Origin: Eledone cirrhosa
Taxonomy: Eukaryota
Reading direction: 5' to 3'
DNA length: 64,000 nt
Assembly (NCBI GenBank): GCA_964016885.1
Contig: OZ024740.1
Coordinates: 64,046,001 to 64,110,000 of the forward strand
The position numbers and the translations under genes were made by a program. This document shows, in pieces, positions 40,287 through 53,312 of this stretch (position 1 is its first letter; every line of letters starts with the position of its first letter). Below the pieces are notes generated by a model. It was not told the DNA's origin. It saw nothing but the letters and a program-made list of their open reading frames with translations, and searched no databases.

Positions 40287-40862
40287 CATGGTGGCTGCCA
40301 ACTCGTTTTAGAGTACGGCCACTACTTTATATCCATGTAGGAGAACCCCTACCGATGCGCTCAACGAGTGTGACTTTTTAGTCCAGCCAGCGACTTGAAA
40401 ACTCGGGTACAAACACTACACTTGTGACAATTATCGACACATAGTGCTGGGCCCATGGTACCATGTGACGACAAGTGCAGAGAGATCTCCAGATACAAAG
40501 CAATGCCTGTGCCGTGAAGCTTTTATAGTGAGCAAAGGCACTGCACAAAGCCAGTCCCACTCTCTTAACCAAGATGATATTTACCAAAAAGAAGAACAAG
40601 TCAACATCATTGGATACCATCAGGGTTGCAGGTGTTATATCAGAGTTTTCCTTCTCCTAGAATTCTGCCTTGACAAAGGCTAAGGGGTCATCTCTCCCAG
40701 TGATTTTGGATGGCCATTGACTCTTAAGAGCTCCTTTGCCCTTTGACAGGTTTTGTTTTTAGTCCTGCAGGATGTCCAAAGTCACCCTCCTCACCAAGAA
40801 ACCTTGGTGGGGTTGCCAGTTTAGTCGCCAACGACCCGACCATGAGACAGGTTGTACTGGGA
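40287..40862 (-). mobile_element. Non-coding RTE-dependent SINE-like element, longer copy
   Basis: Reverse complement of 17879-18400 plus ~55 bp more 5' sequence. Confidence 0.78.
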
Positions 40863-40924
40863 TACGTACATACATATATGTATACAGACGTACAGTAGTA
40901 TGTATATATATATATACATACATG

Positions 40925-40979
<55 letters not shown>

Positions 40980-41387
40980 GCATGTATGTATGTATATATA
41001 TATGCATGTATGTATATATATATACATACATGCACACACATATATATGTACGTTAATATGCATAAGGAAAGTATATACTTTCAGACGTTCAATCATCTGG
41101 CAGGAAGGTATACGTTGCTGACGATAGCTAATAAGCTTGAAGCTAGTACAGCGTTCCTTTGTCAGTGTTGAACAAATGAGCAACGATGGCTGCTAGACAC
41201 TGTACGGCTTAATTCGGGATGTTTGTTTACAAACACACCGAGCATTATAATAAATGTGTGCATGTATGTATATATATATACATACTACTGTACGTCTGTA
41301 TACATATATGTATGTACGTATACATACTTATATTTAAGTAACAGCCGTACTAAGAGTGGGAAATGAAATTTCGTTTCATTTTTTTCC

Positions 41388-41392
<5 letters not shown>
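40862..41392 (+). mobile_element. Family A copy with inverted 5' segment
   Basis: 41050-41392 matches 3160-3522; 40862-41052 is an inverted part of the same unit; hammerhead at 41113-41153 with GAAA changed to GAAG. Confidence 0.8.
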
Positions 41393-41446
<54 letters not shown>

Positions 41447-41450
<4 letters not shown>

Positions 41451-41945
41451 GGCTGCAATCTCTGCTAAGAGTATTATTGCAATCGCTTGTCAGATTATAG
41501 AGTTTGGTGCACTTTTAGGCTACGGCCAGCCATACGAACCTTTAACAGATCCTGAACAAGCAATGCCTGTGCTTTGAAGGTTTTTTAATTGGGGAAAGGC
41601 CTTGCACTCGACCAATACCACTCTCCGAGCATCGAAAACACTACCCGAAAAGGTCAACATCATCGGATGCTTCTGAAGCCGCAGGTTTTTTTTTCAGAGA
41701 ATCCCTCTCCTAGAAAGGTGTTGTGACAACAACTGGGGGAGTTTCACTCCGAGGTGGAGAAAACAAACAAACAAAAGAACTACTATTCGGATTGCCGTTG
41801 ACTCTGCTGAGTACCTCCACCCTTTGCCAGGTCCTGTATTTCATCCCGCAGGGTGTCCAAATATCACCCACTTCACCAAGCTAGCTTGGTGGGGTTGCCG
41901 GTTTAGTCACCGACGACCCGACCATGAGACAGCTTGTACTTGGTT
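41447..41945 (-). mobile_element. Diverged relative of the 40287-40862 element
   Basis: Shared ttggtggggttgcc.gtttagtc.cc.acgacccgaccatgagacag.ttgtact head and gtcaacatcat.ggat block. Confidence 0.7.
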
Positions 41946-42161
41946 ACATGTTACCAGTAGCACTCGAGAGCGATCTGACATAATATATACATACATGCAC
42001 ACATGCATGTATAATTTTTTATGTGTGTGTGTTTATGTTATGTGTGTGGTTTATGTTCTATAGTTTCGCAGTTCAACTGAAAGACATGGTTAATTACGTA
42101 TTATATCAAGGCAGTGCCTTAAAATCTCCAGTGTTAGAATGACATAAGTAAAATAATATTT

Positions 42162-42307
42162 ACACACTACACGCACACACACTCGCACACGCACGCACGC
42201 ACACGCACGCATGCACACGCACGCACGCACACGCACGCACGCACACGCACGCACACGCACGCACGCACACGCACGCACGCACATGCACACACACGCACAC
42301 ACGCATG

Positions 42308-42372
<65 letters not shown>

Positions 42373-42596
42373 TTTCCAAACTTCCAACTTCTGTTGTTTC
42401 AACCTTCTCTCTTTCTCTCCGAACTTTGTTACTTCCCATACGACTTATGGCTGATACGTTGAAACTATCATTTACTTCTTTCCAGTGTGACCCTACTAAG
42501 ACTGTGTTTTAGCATCTCTGTTTTGTTTATATATATATATATACATACAATCATTCATGCGCGCGCGCGCATACACACACATACAGACACACACAA

Positions 42597-42653
<57 letters not shown>

Positions 42654-42732
42654 AGTAGAAGGGGTATTTAATTTGTTGGAAGCCCGACAAATATAAATGT
42701 TTATATATATATATATATATATATATACATCT

Positions 42733-42822
<90 letters not shown>

Positions 42823-42861
42823 ACATATTGTATATATATACAATATATATATATACAAATA

Positions 42862-42903
<42 letters not shown>

Positions 42904-42924
42904 CAATATATATATATACATATA

Positions 42925-42968
<44 letters not shown>

Positions 42969-43125
42969 CAATATATATATATACATATATGTATATATAT
43001 ATATATATATACATATATATATACATATATATATATACATATATATACAATATATATATACATATATATACAATATATATATACAATATATATATACATA
43101 TATGTATATATATATACATATATAT
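42162..43125. repeat. Compound (CA/CACG)n and (TA)n microsatellite blocks
   Basis: Direct reading. Confidence 0.95.
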
Positions 43126-43595
43126 TACATTAAATACATTAAAATATATGATAAACACGAAATGTGTTTACATTGCAACAGACAAAGTTAGCTATTAATG
43201 AAATAAACTAATTAAAGTGAATACAATTTGTCTGTCTCGATATAAGTCAATAAAGACAAGCTTATATTGGCAACGGCCATGATTCCTGGACAGATTTAAA
43301 TTTCAAAATTCAAACCTGTTCTGTAAACGAATTTGAACCTCGAAACCTAAATAAGTTTCGCAACGGTGGAATGTGAATTGAAAAATAAAGAGAATCGAAA
43401 TGGAATAGAAATAAAAAAGTGAAATATCCAAATCTTCTGTGCTTATCAACAGGAATCCAGTAAAATTAGTACATCTCACATCAAAAATTTTGCAGGTCTG
43501 ACTACACGTGTGTAGGCAGGCCAAAACTAGCCGTCCCACATTCACGGTGCTAGAAATAACAGCCGCTTATGCAGGATTAAGGATCATAATATAGT

Positions 43596-43668
<73 letters not shown>

Positions 43669-44219
43669 ATCAAAAGATGGTTAAAAGAGTTCCAAGTATT
43701 TTATTATGCGCATTTCAAAAACAAATATCATCATGGGATGATATCTGCGTTCTCATCAGATAAAATAGGGAGACATGATATGAAGCTTAAAAACACTTGT
43801 GAGCAGTGAAGTTTTAAATCAACATATGAAAAATAAATTAAGATGTATGTATGAGATTGGGAAAAAGTGAGGGGTGTGTGTGTGTGTGTGTGTGGAAAAG
43901 GTAAAGAAGAGGAAGAAATAAAAGTAAAGGATGGTGGGGGAGGAGTATAAGAAGGAAGGAAGAGAGAGGAGGAGAAATGGGTGATAGAGAGAGAGAGAGA
44001 GATAGCCTTTACAACTGAGAAAAAATATTGTCTCACAGAGAGAAATTAAAAAGCCGTTGGAAGATAATAGATAATTTAAAAGATTTTGAAATTAAAAGTT
44101 AATGAGTTTTATGCATGAAGAAAAAGGAATTAAGAATTAAATTAAGGTTTGTATATTGAAGGGTTTAATAGTATGTGCGAAGAAAAGAATTTATTAATAT
44201 GTATTATTAATATGTATTA

Positions 44220-44408
44220 GGCGGTGGATTGGCAGTATCGGTAGAGGGTCGGACGCCATGCTTTCCAGCATAGTTACGTCCCTTTACGATCTGAGTTCAA
44301 ATCCCGCCGAGGTTGACTTTGCCTTTCATCCTTGCGGGGTCGATAAAATAAAGTACCAGTAATGTACTGGATAATTGCTGGCCTTGTGCCAAAGGTAGAA
44401 ACAATTAT
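44220..44408 (+). mobile_element. Full-length ~190-bp tRNA-derived SINE
   Basis: A-box tggcagtatcggtag, B-box gagttcaaatcc, central domain resembling the Meta/LF-SINE conserved block as I recall it; attaatatgtatta is duplicated on both flanks. Confidence 0.92.
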
Positions 44409-44523
44409 TAATATGTATTATTAATTTTTGATCTTATATTATCTATACTCCAGTCCTACAAACTGTAGAGTGCTACTTATCCGATATTTGCATATCTTTA
44501 TTGAGCTACAATAAAACTCACCT

Positions 44524-44563
<40 letters not shown>

Positions 44564-44595
44564 AGAAAAACCACAGACGCTCCATTTCAACTCTA

Positions 44596-44631
44596 CTTTT
44601 GAAAAGCAGAAGAACTGCGAAACCGGTAAAG
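44596..44631 (+). ncRNA. Minimal hammerhead candidate with U3-A8 core
   Basis: CTT-TTGAAAA-GCAG-AAGAA-CTGC-GAAA-CCGG-TA-AAG, then AATAAA; lies within a TA-flanked ~200-bp element (44561-44768). Confidence 0.5.
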
Positions 44632-44885
44632 GAACCAAATAAATATATATATTTTTTAACAAATAAGACTCCAGTTGCATTTTCGATTTCATCTTTTTTT
44701 CTTTATACTTTCACTCGTGTAGGACACCTCGGTTATTTTTCATTTTGTAAAAAAACCTCACTTTGTAATATATATATATATATGTGTTGGATGGTAGCTA
44801 TGATGATTCCATAGGCGGTATGCCGGTTGAGCGCTCTATGCTCTTACAGAGCAGAGTATGATATAATATAAAACGAAAATTAGAC

Positions 44886-44973
44886 GTGTCCGTCGAACCT
44901 GCGGGTCCAGAATCAGACAGATCCACACAATGATCGCGTCTCGAGCTGTCCGCTGGCGAAACAATTGTAACAC
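44886..44973 (+). ncRNA. Hammerhead-like motif with variant core CCGUCGA (family B)
   Basis: GTGT-CCGTCGA-ACCTGCGG...CCGCTGGC-GAAA-CAATTG-TA-ACAC, then AATAAA; element 44825-45025 has a short inverted 5' piece. Confidence 0.4.
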
Positions 44974-45087
44974 ACAATAAATTGAGTTCAGATGCATCAC
45001 TGATTTTTCGTTTTATATTATATACATATATACATATATCATCATCACCGTTTTACGTCCGTTCTTCCACGCTAGCATGGGTTAGAC

Positions 45088-45188
<101 letters not shown>

Positions 45189-45429
45189 CATATGTAAATG
45201 TAAGTATGTATGTATGTACTAAGAGTGAGAAATGAAATTTCGTTTTCATTTTTTTCAACATATGTAAATGTATATACATATATATAAATGAGAAAAGAAG
45301 CCTACACTATGCTGAATATACATATATATATATATATAGTAATAATAATAAATTTGAAGATTAAAATCCAAAGAGGGCTCGATAAGGGTAAATATATATC
45401 AAATATATAAGAACCATAGAGCAAATATT

Positions 45430-45570
45430 AATTAAAATAACAGATTAAAGTTTAAGCAAAGAATCGCTGCTTTCACCATTAACGGGATCTTCTGAAGATC
45501 TGTTTCAGAAGATCCCGTTAAGGGTGAAAGCAGCGATTCTTTGCTTAAACTTTAATCTATTATTTTAATT
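45430..45570. repeat. 141-bp near-perfect hairpin (67-bp arms, 7-nt loop)
   Basis: 45430-45496 is the reverse complement of 45504-45570 with two mismatches. Confidence 0.9.
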
Positions 45571-45620
45571 TATATATATATATATAATTTATATAATTTA
45601 TATATTTATATATATATATA

Positions 45621-47348
45621 TGCCACGGAACACCCGCCAATCGCCTTAGGGTCGAACAACGAACTATCTTCATCTTACAGACCCACACTCCCCTCGGCCT
45701 GAACTCCCCACTCTTATTCCTTTAGCCTTCGACCGCCCCCCTCCCCCCACACTTATCCACCACTAACACCACTAACACACCCCTCCTTTTCACCGCCCAC
45801 CCCACAACTAACAATACTAACACCTCCACTCCACCCCTCATCTGACCACCCTTCCTCAACTAACATACTAACATCCCTCCCTTCTTCTCCTCCTCCCCCT
45901 CCTTATCACACGCACACACCCACCGACACATATATACACGCGCTCACACTAAACACACACCCTACTACCACCACTAACCCTCACCCCCACACCTCTCACC
46001 CCCCACACCTCCATCCCACCACCCCGCAACTAACCTCACTAACACCCCCTAACCCCAAGCACACGAACACACGCACCCACTTACACCACCCACCCCACAC
46101 GCAACTAACATCACTAACACCCCCCAACCCCACGCACACGTACCCACACACCCTCGTACACCACCAACTCTACACACCCTACCACCACTAACCCCCACTC
46201 ACACCTGCATTCAACCCCTCCACACCTCCCGTATACTAACACCCACTAACACCCCTTCATCAAACTACACACACACCAGTACACCACACTCCCTCCATAG
46301 AACCACACACACGCTTCTCTCCCCACTCCACCCACACCCTCGCTCCACACTCACTCATCCCACTAACACCTCTACTAATACACACACGCACACCCTCCTC
46401 ACTCCAACTTTCACACCTACCCATCCTCGCCTCTTTACCATTCCACCGACTGCTGCTATTCCCTCTGACCACCTTTCCAGCACAAACAGACACACAGCAC
46501 TCCCACTGCTTGACCACTTCCTGTTGCGCGCGCACCCCACATCTCTCCTCTTCCGACCATCGCTTCATGGAATTCTCGCACGCAGAAATTGACCACCACA
46601 GAATCCACTAAACACCTTCGGATTTTACCAACTTTTCAACCATCCTCTTACGTAATCACCTATATAACTCACCCACCCACACACTCCAAACAATTTTTTT
46701 TCTCCACACGCCACCTACACCCACAACACGCTTAAACCCCACACACACGTGCTTTCCACCACATATTTACACCCTCAGCCTCCTGATTCCTCTCCTGATC
46801 CCTCTATCCACACACGCACAGACACTCCGACCCAGAACCCCCCCCCCCACACCTCTTCCTGAACATGCAACCCCGTTCTTCCCCCAACCCTTACTTTCAC
46901 ATACACACACACACACACACACACGTACACCTACACACACACACCACCTTCAGCCCTCCCCGCTCGGACACCCCGTCTCCCTCTCCCCACTCCACCCGCC
47001 ACCACCCCTACACACCCCACACTCTTCCACCACCTGTTTTACCCCCCTTTTAATTTCAGTTTATTTTGATCATGCTTTCATATTTAAATTTATTTCATTC
47101 CTTGTATTTTGATCATGCTTTATTTTTAATTTTATTTTTATTTTTTTCATTCGCACCGTTTCCTTTCGCTATATGTCTCTCCACCACTCCCCTACACACC
47201 CTTTGAACTCTGTTCCCACACACTTCTCACCTGAGGAAGGGCTTATGCTCGAAACGTCGTCCCCCACCAACACCCCACTCTCCAGAGCGTGAAATTAATA
47301 AACATTCGTTGTACTGCCTCTCTGTTTTGTCCCTGTTCAAATTTTTCC

Positions 47349-47350
<2 letters not shown>
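45621..47350 (+). mobile_element. 5'-truncated Penelope-like element: GIY-YIG C-terminus, long C/A-rich 3' region, hammerhead
   Basis: 45621-45725 translates CHGTPANRLRVEQRTIFILQTHTPLGLNSPLLFL* (R..E...I..L.T..P.GLN end of PLE GIY-YIG); hammerhead at 47229; AATAAA; TA-flanked. Confidence 0.8.
47229..47260 (+). ncRNA. Minimal PLE-type hammerhead
   Basis: AC-CTGAGGA-A-GGGC-TTAT-GCTC-GAAA-CG-TC-GT. Confidence 0.7.
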
Positions 47351-47395
<45 letters not shown>

Positions 47396-47872
47396 CCATT
47401 CTGTAGAGAGCTTAATTCGTTACGTGATGTTTTGCATTCTTGCAATAATATACACATACTGAATTCATCCGCCTAAAATAAGGGTTGCCTCCCTTGCCGA
47501 GCCCCACGTGGGGTCGGTAACGGTCATTCCTTAAATTAGCACTCGAACTAAAACCTGTTGAAAAAGTGGCTTCCTTATTCAATCATCTTACCAGAAGCCT
47601 AACATTATTTGTGTAAGCAGACAGTACTTGATTTAGGAGTCGCAGAAATCCAAATGCTGGATTTTACCAACCATCCAGGGGTCCGGGTAAATTTTCAATC
47701 ACATATATTTTTATTTGTTTGACTCGAATTACTTGGTCGTTTTTATGACTGTGCGGATGATTGTTTAACCATTCCTAAGCCGAAATACGATTCTCGCTAA
47801 TTTATATTTATATATATATATATATATATATACGATATTAACAAATGGAAACTATATTTATAAAACCATATT

Positions 47873-47937
47873 TATTTCATTATACATATTTCAAGGACAC
47901 CAAGTTAAATTATGGTGTGATTTCATCAGATAAAATA
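47873..47937 (-). ncRNA. Type-I hammerhead (family C)
   Basis: TATTTTAT-CTGATGA-AATCACACCA..TGGTGTCCTT-GAAA-TATGTA-TA-ATGAAATA. Confidence 0.65.
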
Positions 47938-48009
47938 TAAGCTTCTAACAGTAATGGTTGCATTCTTTAAGGGTATGTCAATATTTATTTATAAAACTGC
48001 TCTATATTA

Positions 48010-48074
48010 TATTTTATCTGATGAAAGCACATCATAATTTAACTTGGTGTCCTTGAAATATGTATAATGAAATA
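48010..48074 (+). ncRNA. Type-I hammerhead (family C)
   Basis: TATTTTAT-CTGATGA-AAGCACATCA-TAATTTAACT-TGGTGTCCTT-GAAA-TATGTA-TA-ATGAAATA; 8-bp stem I, 9/10-bp stem II. Confidence 0.75.
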
Positions 48075-49047
48075 AATATGGTTTTATAAATATAGTTTCC
48101 ATTTGTTAATATCGTTTTTACTCCAATTATTTGTTGAGTGCTTTATATCAGTTATAAAAATATTTGTTTGTTGTATCCCAACAATTTAAATAGAACTTTT
48201 ACATATATATATATTCCTCATAGGGTAGGCTTCTTTTCTCATCTATAAAAATATTTAATTATCTGAAAGGTAAAAAAACGCATTACTTCAGAATAAAAAA
48301 ATATGAAGCGAAACGAAACAATAGAACAAAATAAAATAAAACAAAATACAAATAATGAAAAGAAATAAATAGAAATAAAATATCAGCATATGAAAATTGA
48401 AAGAAGAATCTAACCCCAAAAAAGATTTCTATGGAATTGTTAACATGGAAGAAATTGGAATTGTTTTATTCGATCATCCAATGAAGTAGGAGAAACTTAT
48501 CCACCCTGAAGAACAAGCCGCAGGTCTTAACTTTTTGTGAAAGATTTTAATTGAAAATGCCTGGAGGACGGTTTTATTTTACACCGCCTGTTTTCTTTAT
48601 GTCTTCATTGATGAAGACACCACATGATTATTTGATAATAATTTCAATTCACAAAAACACACACATACACACACACGCGCGCGCGCATACACGCACACGC
48701 ATACACGCAAACACACACATGCATACGCGCGTGCGCGCGCGCACACACACACACACGCATACATACATTCATAATTATGGCTGCAAGCTTAAAATGTTTG
48801 GTTTGCCATATTGTGGCTTTCCTAGTTCAAGTCAATTGTGAGATACTTTGTAGGAATGTAGTTTACCATAACCTCGAGTGATCAAAAGCCATTTGTGTGT
48901 GTGTGTTTTTTAATTAACATGTAGATCTGGAGGACGGGGCAGTGCCTATGGCTTTCAAATTGTTAGAAAACTGTATTAAAAGACCGAAGGGCGTCGTTCT
49001 TATCCTTCTGTAATCTATCACCCTATTTATCACCTGGCTTTTGGGTG

Positions 49048-49167
49048 ATTTTAATGGAGTACTCTCTGTTGTAAGCATTTTAATGGAGTACTCTCTGTTG
49101 TAAGCATTTTAATGGAGTACTCTCTGTTGTAAGCATTTTAATGGAGTACTCTCTGTTGCAAGCATTT
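49048..49167. repeat. 29-bp minisatellite, 4 copies
   Basis: attttaatggagtactctctgttgtaagc x4 with no spacers. Confidence 0.95.
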
Positions 49168-49384
49168 CTGAACATAGCTTCTTTTTCCCCAAGTAATGTC
49201 ATCAACACTAAAACAAAAATGTGCGTATGAGTGCTGAGGGGTGGTGAGGACCGTCCTATACCAGGTTATATATATAAAACAACAAAAGTTATTATGCAGA
49301 CATACCAGGTGTAAAATCTTTTAAAACATGTTATGCCATAAACACTTCCATTCCACACGAATAAGTTAGTTTAATTTTTCATAA

Positions 49385-49518
49385 TACACACGTACGCACA
49401 AGAGACACTCATACACACATATACAAACATACATATGTACAGATACACACATAAACATATACATATTTGGTATAAACGAACTACCTCATGCATACGCGCA
49501 CATAAATACACACATACG

Positions 49519-49596
<78 letters not shown>

Positions 49597-49713
49597 TATA
49601 TGTACACACACACACATAACCACGCACACACACACAATATATATATATATACACACACACACACATATATATATACATACATACACATACATATATATAT
49701 ATATACACACACA

Positions 49714-49764
<51 letters not shown>

Positions 49765-49860
49765 GCACATGCATATAGAATATACACATAACACATGTAC
49801 ATGCATATGAACATACATATAACATATAACAAACGCATATATACATATACACACAAATGT
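49385..49860. repeat. Compound CA/TA microsatellite region
   Basis: Direct reading. Confidence 0.9.
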
Positions 49861-50159
49861 ATTGTGATGGCCAAGTTTCAGTTGAACAAGTCAATTTCAA
49901 TTCAAGAGGTAATCTCTTTGGAAACGAATATAACAAAGATTTCCTTTTCTTCGTCTTCTTCCCTAGCCTCAGGTTTCGATTTACTATAAAACTCTGAAGT
50001 AAAATTGTTAATTTAAAAGTTAAACAATGTAATTGTTTTCAAAGTCTGCTTAAAAGTGAATGTTTCTGAAGAAAGAAATAAACAGCCGGCGGTGGGTACC
50101 TTGCTCCGCGGTAGTGTATCTATTTCAATTCAATTTTAACACTAATATTATTTTAATTT

Positions 50160-50750
50160 CGGATTCTTTAGAGCGTTAGAAAAATGCTTTGCGGTATTTC
50201 TGAGTTCAAATTCCCTCCGACCATCCTTGCTTTCGTCCCTCCGAAATAAAGTTGATAAATAAAATACCATTCAAGTACTGATTTGATTTAATCCACTTTT
50301 CTATTGCCCCAAAATTGTTAGGTTTGTGCCTAAATCAGAAATCTCTCTGTACTCATTTATGCTTTTTAACGTTCTGGCACCTATAAAATAAAGACAGAAT
50401 CGTTAGGGCGTCAGAAAAATTTCTTTTTGGTATTTGTTCCGAATTATTACCACGTGAGTTCAAATTCCACCGAGGACCTCTTTCCTTTTCTTCTTTCAGG
50501 AGTCAAGAAAATAACGGACCAGTTCAAGGTGGTGCTGATGGTGAAGGATGGGTAGGAGTGTGTAACAGAATCACTTGAGTGTGGTGCTTGTTCCGTCTAT
50601 TTACATTCTGATTTCGAATCCAACAGAAGTCAATTTTGCCATATAACCTGATGTCCTCCAAAAATGACGTAGCAGTTCAAGATGAGGGATTAGCAGAATG
50701 TTTATAGAGTGGGATTAAATGCCTTGCGGTATTTGTTCTGATGTTTTCCG
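50160..50750 (+). mobile_element. Cluster of old, decayed SINE copies
   Basis: Repeated gagttcaaattcc/gatttcgaatcc B-boxes and gcagaat/gcggtattt head remnants. Confidence 0.6.
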
Positions 50751-51594
50751 TTAAAATATGGCTTTAATTAGTAAGGTCTTTATATACGTACTAAAATATA
50801 CGGATATTACCCGTGAAGAAATAGACGTAATACTCACAGATTATCAAATTTAATGATGAACTTTGGACACGCAGGGACAGACCCAGTAACTTTAATATTA
50901 CTATGGGCTCCACGGACATAACTTAAGTTACGGACCTTGTTGGATTATGCATCCTCCACCTAATTAAACCAAGCATGACGGAACTGGACGGAGGTTTGTA
51001 TCGCAACGACGCTCTTCTTGACTTAGTTAACCACAATAACAGTGCCCTGAATAAGAAAAAGAAAATGATATTCTATTTGGTTGGTAACTATGGTCTTAGA
51101 GTAGAACTAGGGACTAACATTAAAATAGTCAATTTCTTCGACATAATTCTAAACCTTAATTCTGGCCTCTTTTATCAAAACCATAAATTAATCGAAAACC
51201 TTAGTTACGTTAGCTACTTCTCATACCCCACTAGGCCTAAACGAGGACTATAGTTAATAGTGTAGCACAGAAGATCTTCAGACTTTTAGAAAATAGGGAC
51301 ATCTTCAATAGCAAGGCTAGTTACTACAATGACGCAATAGAATGCAAGGATAAAAAAAGAATACATAGGAAGCGATAGAGTTAATTACACATCCATACAA
51401 AAACATAAACAAACTCATAGTACAAACACTAAAACACTAGTAGGGAAACATTGACTGAAAATATACCCAGATGTACTCAATATAAAAATAGTAGAGATAG
51501 AACCAACTTAGCAAGCCCCAAATATAGTTTCACAACTACCACGACCTTAATCGGGGGGCAGAATGCAGATACACCAACCCATAGACACAATAAC

Positions 51595-51778
51595 TGTTTC
51601 TACTTTTGGCACAAGGCCATCAATTACCCAGTACATTACTGGTACTTTATTTTATCGACCCCGTAAGGATGAAAGGCAAAGTTAACCTCGGCGGGATTTG
51701 AACTCAGACCGTAAAGGGACGTAACTAAGCTGGAAAGCATGGCGTCCGACTCTCTACCGATACTGCCAATCCACACCT
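51595..51778 (-). mobile_element. tRNA-SINE with 15-bp TSD
   Basis: catagacacaataac at 51580-51594 and 51779-51793. Confidence 0.92.
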
Positions 51779-52178
51779 CATAGACACAATAACACCACTA
51801 CAACTAGCTATAACGCAAAATCTAACATCCCTTATACAACTCCCAGCGCACACCGGAGGGAACTAACCCATACAAAATATGTTGAACTGAATGGAACTAT
51901 GCCACAATGGAACAAGACCCGGTTGCGTTTTGTCCTATGGTATAACCACTCCACAACTTGGGACTAAACATTAGCATCACCCAACTTTACTTCAATGCAC
52001 AAGATAAATGTTTCCACAAATCACATAGATACAGCAAGATATTTAAGAGGCACACAGTTAAGCTATCATATTCTACCACCAAAGACCTAGCCTAAAACTT
52101 AGCCAGGATTGATAATACAACACAGACACTACAACACATGACTCTGAACATTACGGAAACATAGTAAGGATACATAAT

Positions 52179-52372
52179 TGTTTCTATTGTTTCTACTTTA
52201 GGCACAAGGCCAGCAATTACCCAGTGCATTACTGGTACTTTATTTTATCGACCCCGTAAGGATGAAAGGCAAAGTCAACCTCGGCGGGATTTGAACTCAG
52301 ATCGTAAAGGGACGTAACTATGCTGGAAAGCATGGTGTCCGACCCTCTACCGATACTGCCAATCCACCGCCC
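52179..52372 (-). mobile_element. tRNA-SINE with 14-bp TSD
   Basis: taaggatacataat at 52165-52178 and 52373-52386. Confidence 0.92.
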
Positions 52373-53232
52373 TAAGGATACATAATAATAGACAGAATAA
52401 ATGTAACTCCAGTAGCCAACAGCAGATAGACGACCCCAAAGATAGATATAACCACAACACAACACACAATAATAACATCAATTGTAACTGGCCTATGCAG
52501 AATAAATACCTCAATAGAAATATAGTATACGAATGAAGTGTTACCACTAAGGACACTATGTATAACTACATCGGTGCAACAGATGGTAAAACCGTCACCA
52601 CTCCTTTGACCGGATTTGATAAGAGACGGAGCACAGTACTATCCGAGTTTATGGAGGTGAAACAGAACCGTGTACAATACTCTCTCCACTCCACTGATTT
52701 GTCCAAGGGAAAGACAGGTGCTGACATACATTAGCAGAACGTTGTTGCAGACGTTGCATTTTGAATACAAAGAGCTGAAATAGGTACAGAATTATAAAAA
52801 TTCCATCAGGAGCCCAAACATTGCAACATATACTCTCTGGCACTGGAAATTTTTCCAATCCTCCATCTTGTGTTATACCTATGTTTACAGGTATATTAAA
52901 TCGTCAATATTTTGGTATATTCAGTTTCTGCGTTTAACTTCTGGTGCAATTGACTTTGTTTTTCATCCTTCAAGAACTGTGGCTAACCTTATCAACTATA
53001 CGCACCCTGAAAATCTGTTTCCTTGTGCCTTGGCAGAAACTTTGGATCGTCGAACAAACTGCTTTACAGTATTTAGTAACTATCCTTATCATTCCGAATT
53101 CAAATTACGTAGTGATCATTTTCCCGGGGTATATAAAATTAGTCATGTACCGGGTCAATTTAATAGATTTTGACTCCCACTGAATTGCTTGACTTGTGTC
53201 TAAATTAGAAACCTTTATTATTGTTGCTGCTG

Positions 53233-53312
53233 TTACGGGGTCGATAAAATAAAGTACCAGTGATGCACTGGGTATTTTGCTGGCCTTGTGCCAAACGTAG
53301 AAACAATTATTA
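53233..53312 (+). mobile_element. 5'-truncated SINE
   Basis: 3' half only; ttattattgttgctgctgtta is duplicated on the flanks. Confidence 0.8.

Larger units (their letters stand above)
47832..48200. mobile_element. Fold-back non-coding element, family C, with two hammerheads
   Basis: 47832-47940 is inverted at 48007-48115; TA-flanked. Confidence 0.85.
50760..52650 (+). pseudogene. Decayed Penelope-like element (YRDD-type RT + GIY-YIG)
   Basis: NFNITMGS, DLVGLCIL, GGLYRNDAL, VNFFDIILNL, FHKSHRYSKIFKRHTVKLSYSTT, NRNIVY..YNYIGAT; many stops; interrupted by two SINEs. Confidence 0.75.

Noticed and set aside
44220-44310. tRNA genes at A/B-box motifs
   Set aside because: The boxes belong to multi-copy SINE heads with TSDs; no cloverleaf is evident.
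48506-48552. CTGAAGA...GAAA as another hammerhead
   Set aside because: No stem I pairing and weak stem II/III; compatible with chance.
49048-49167. 29-bp repeats as a CRISPR array
   Set aside because: Units are contiguous with no spacers, there are no cas genes, and the context is eukaryotic.
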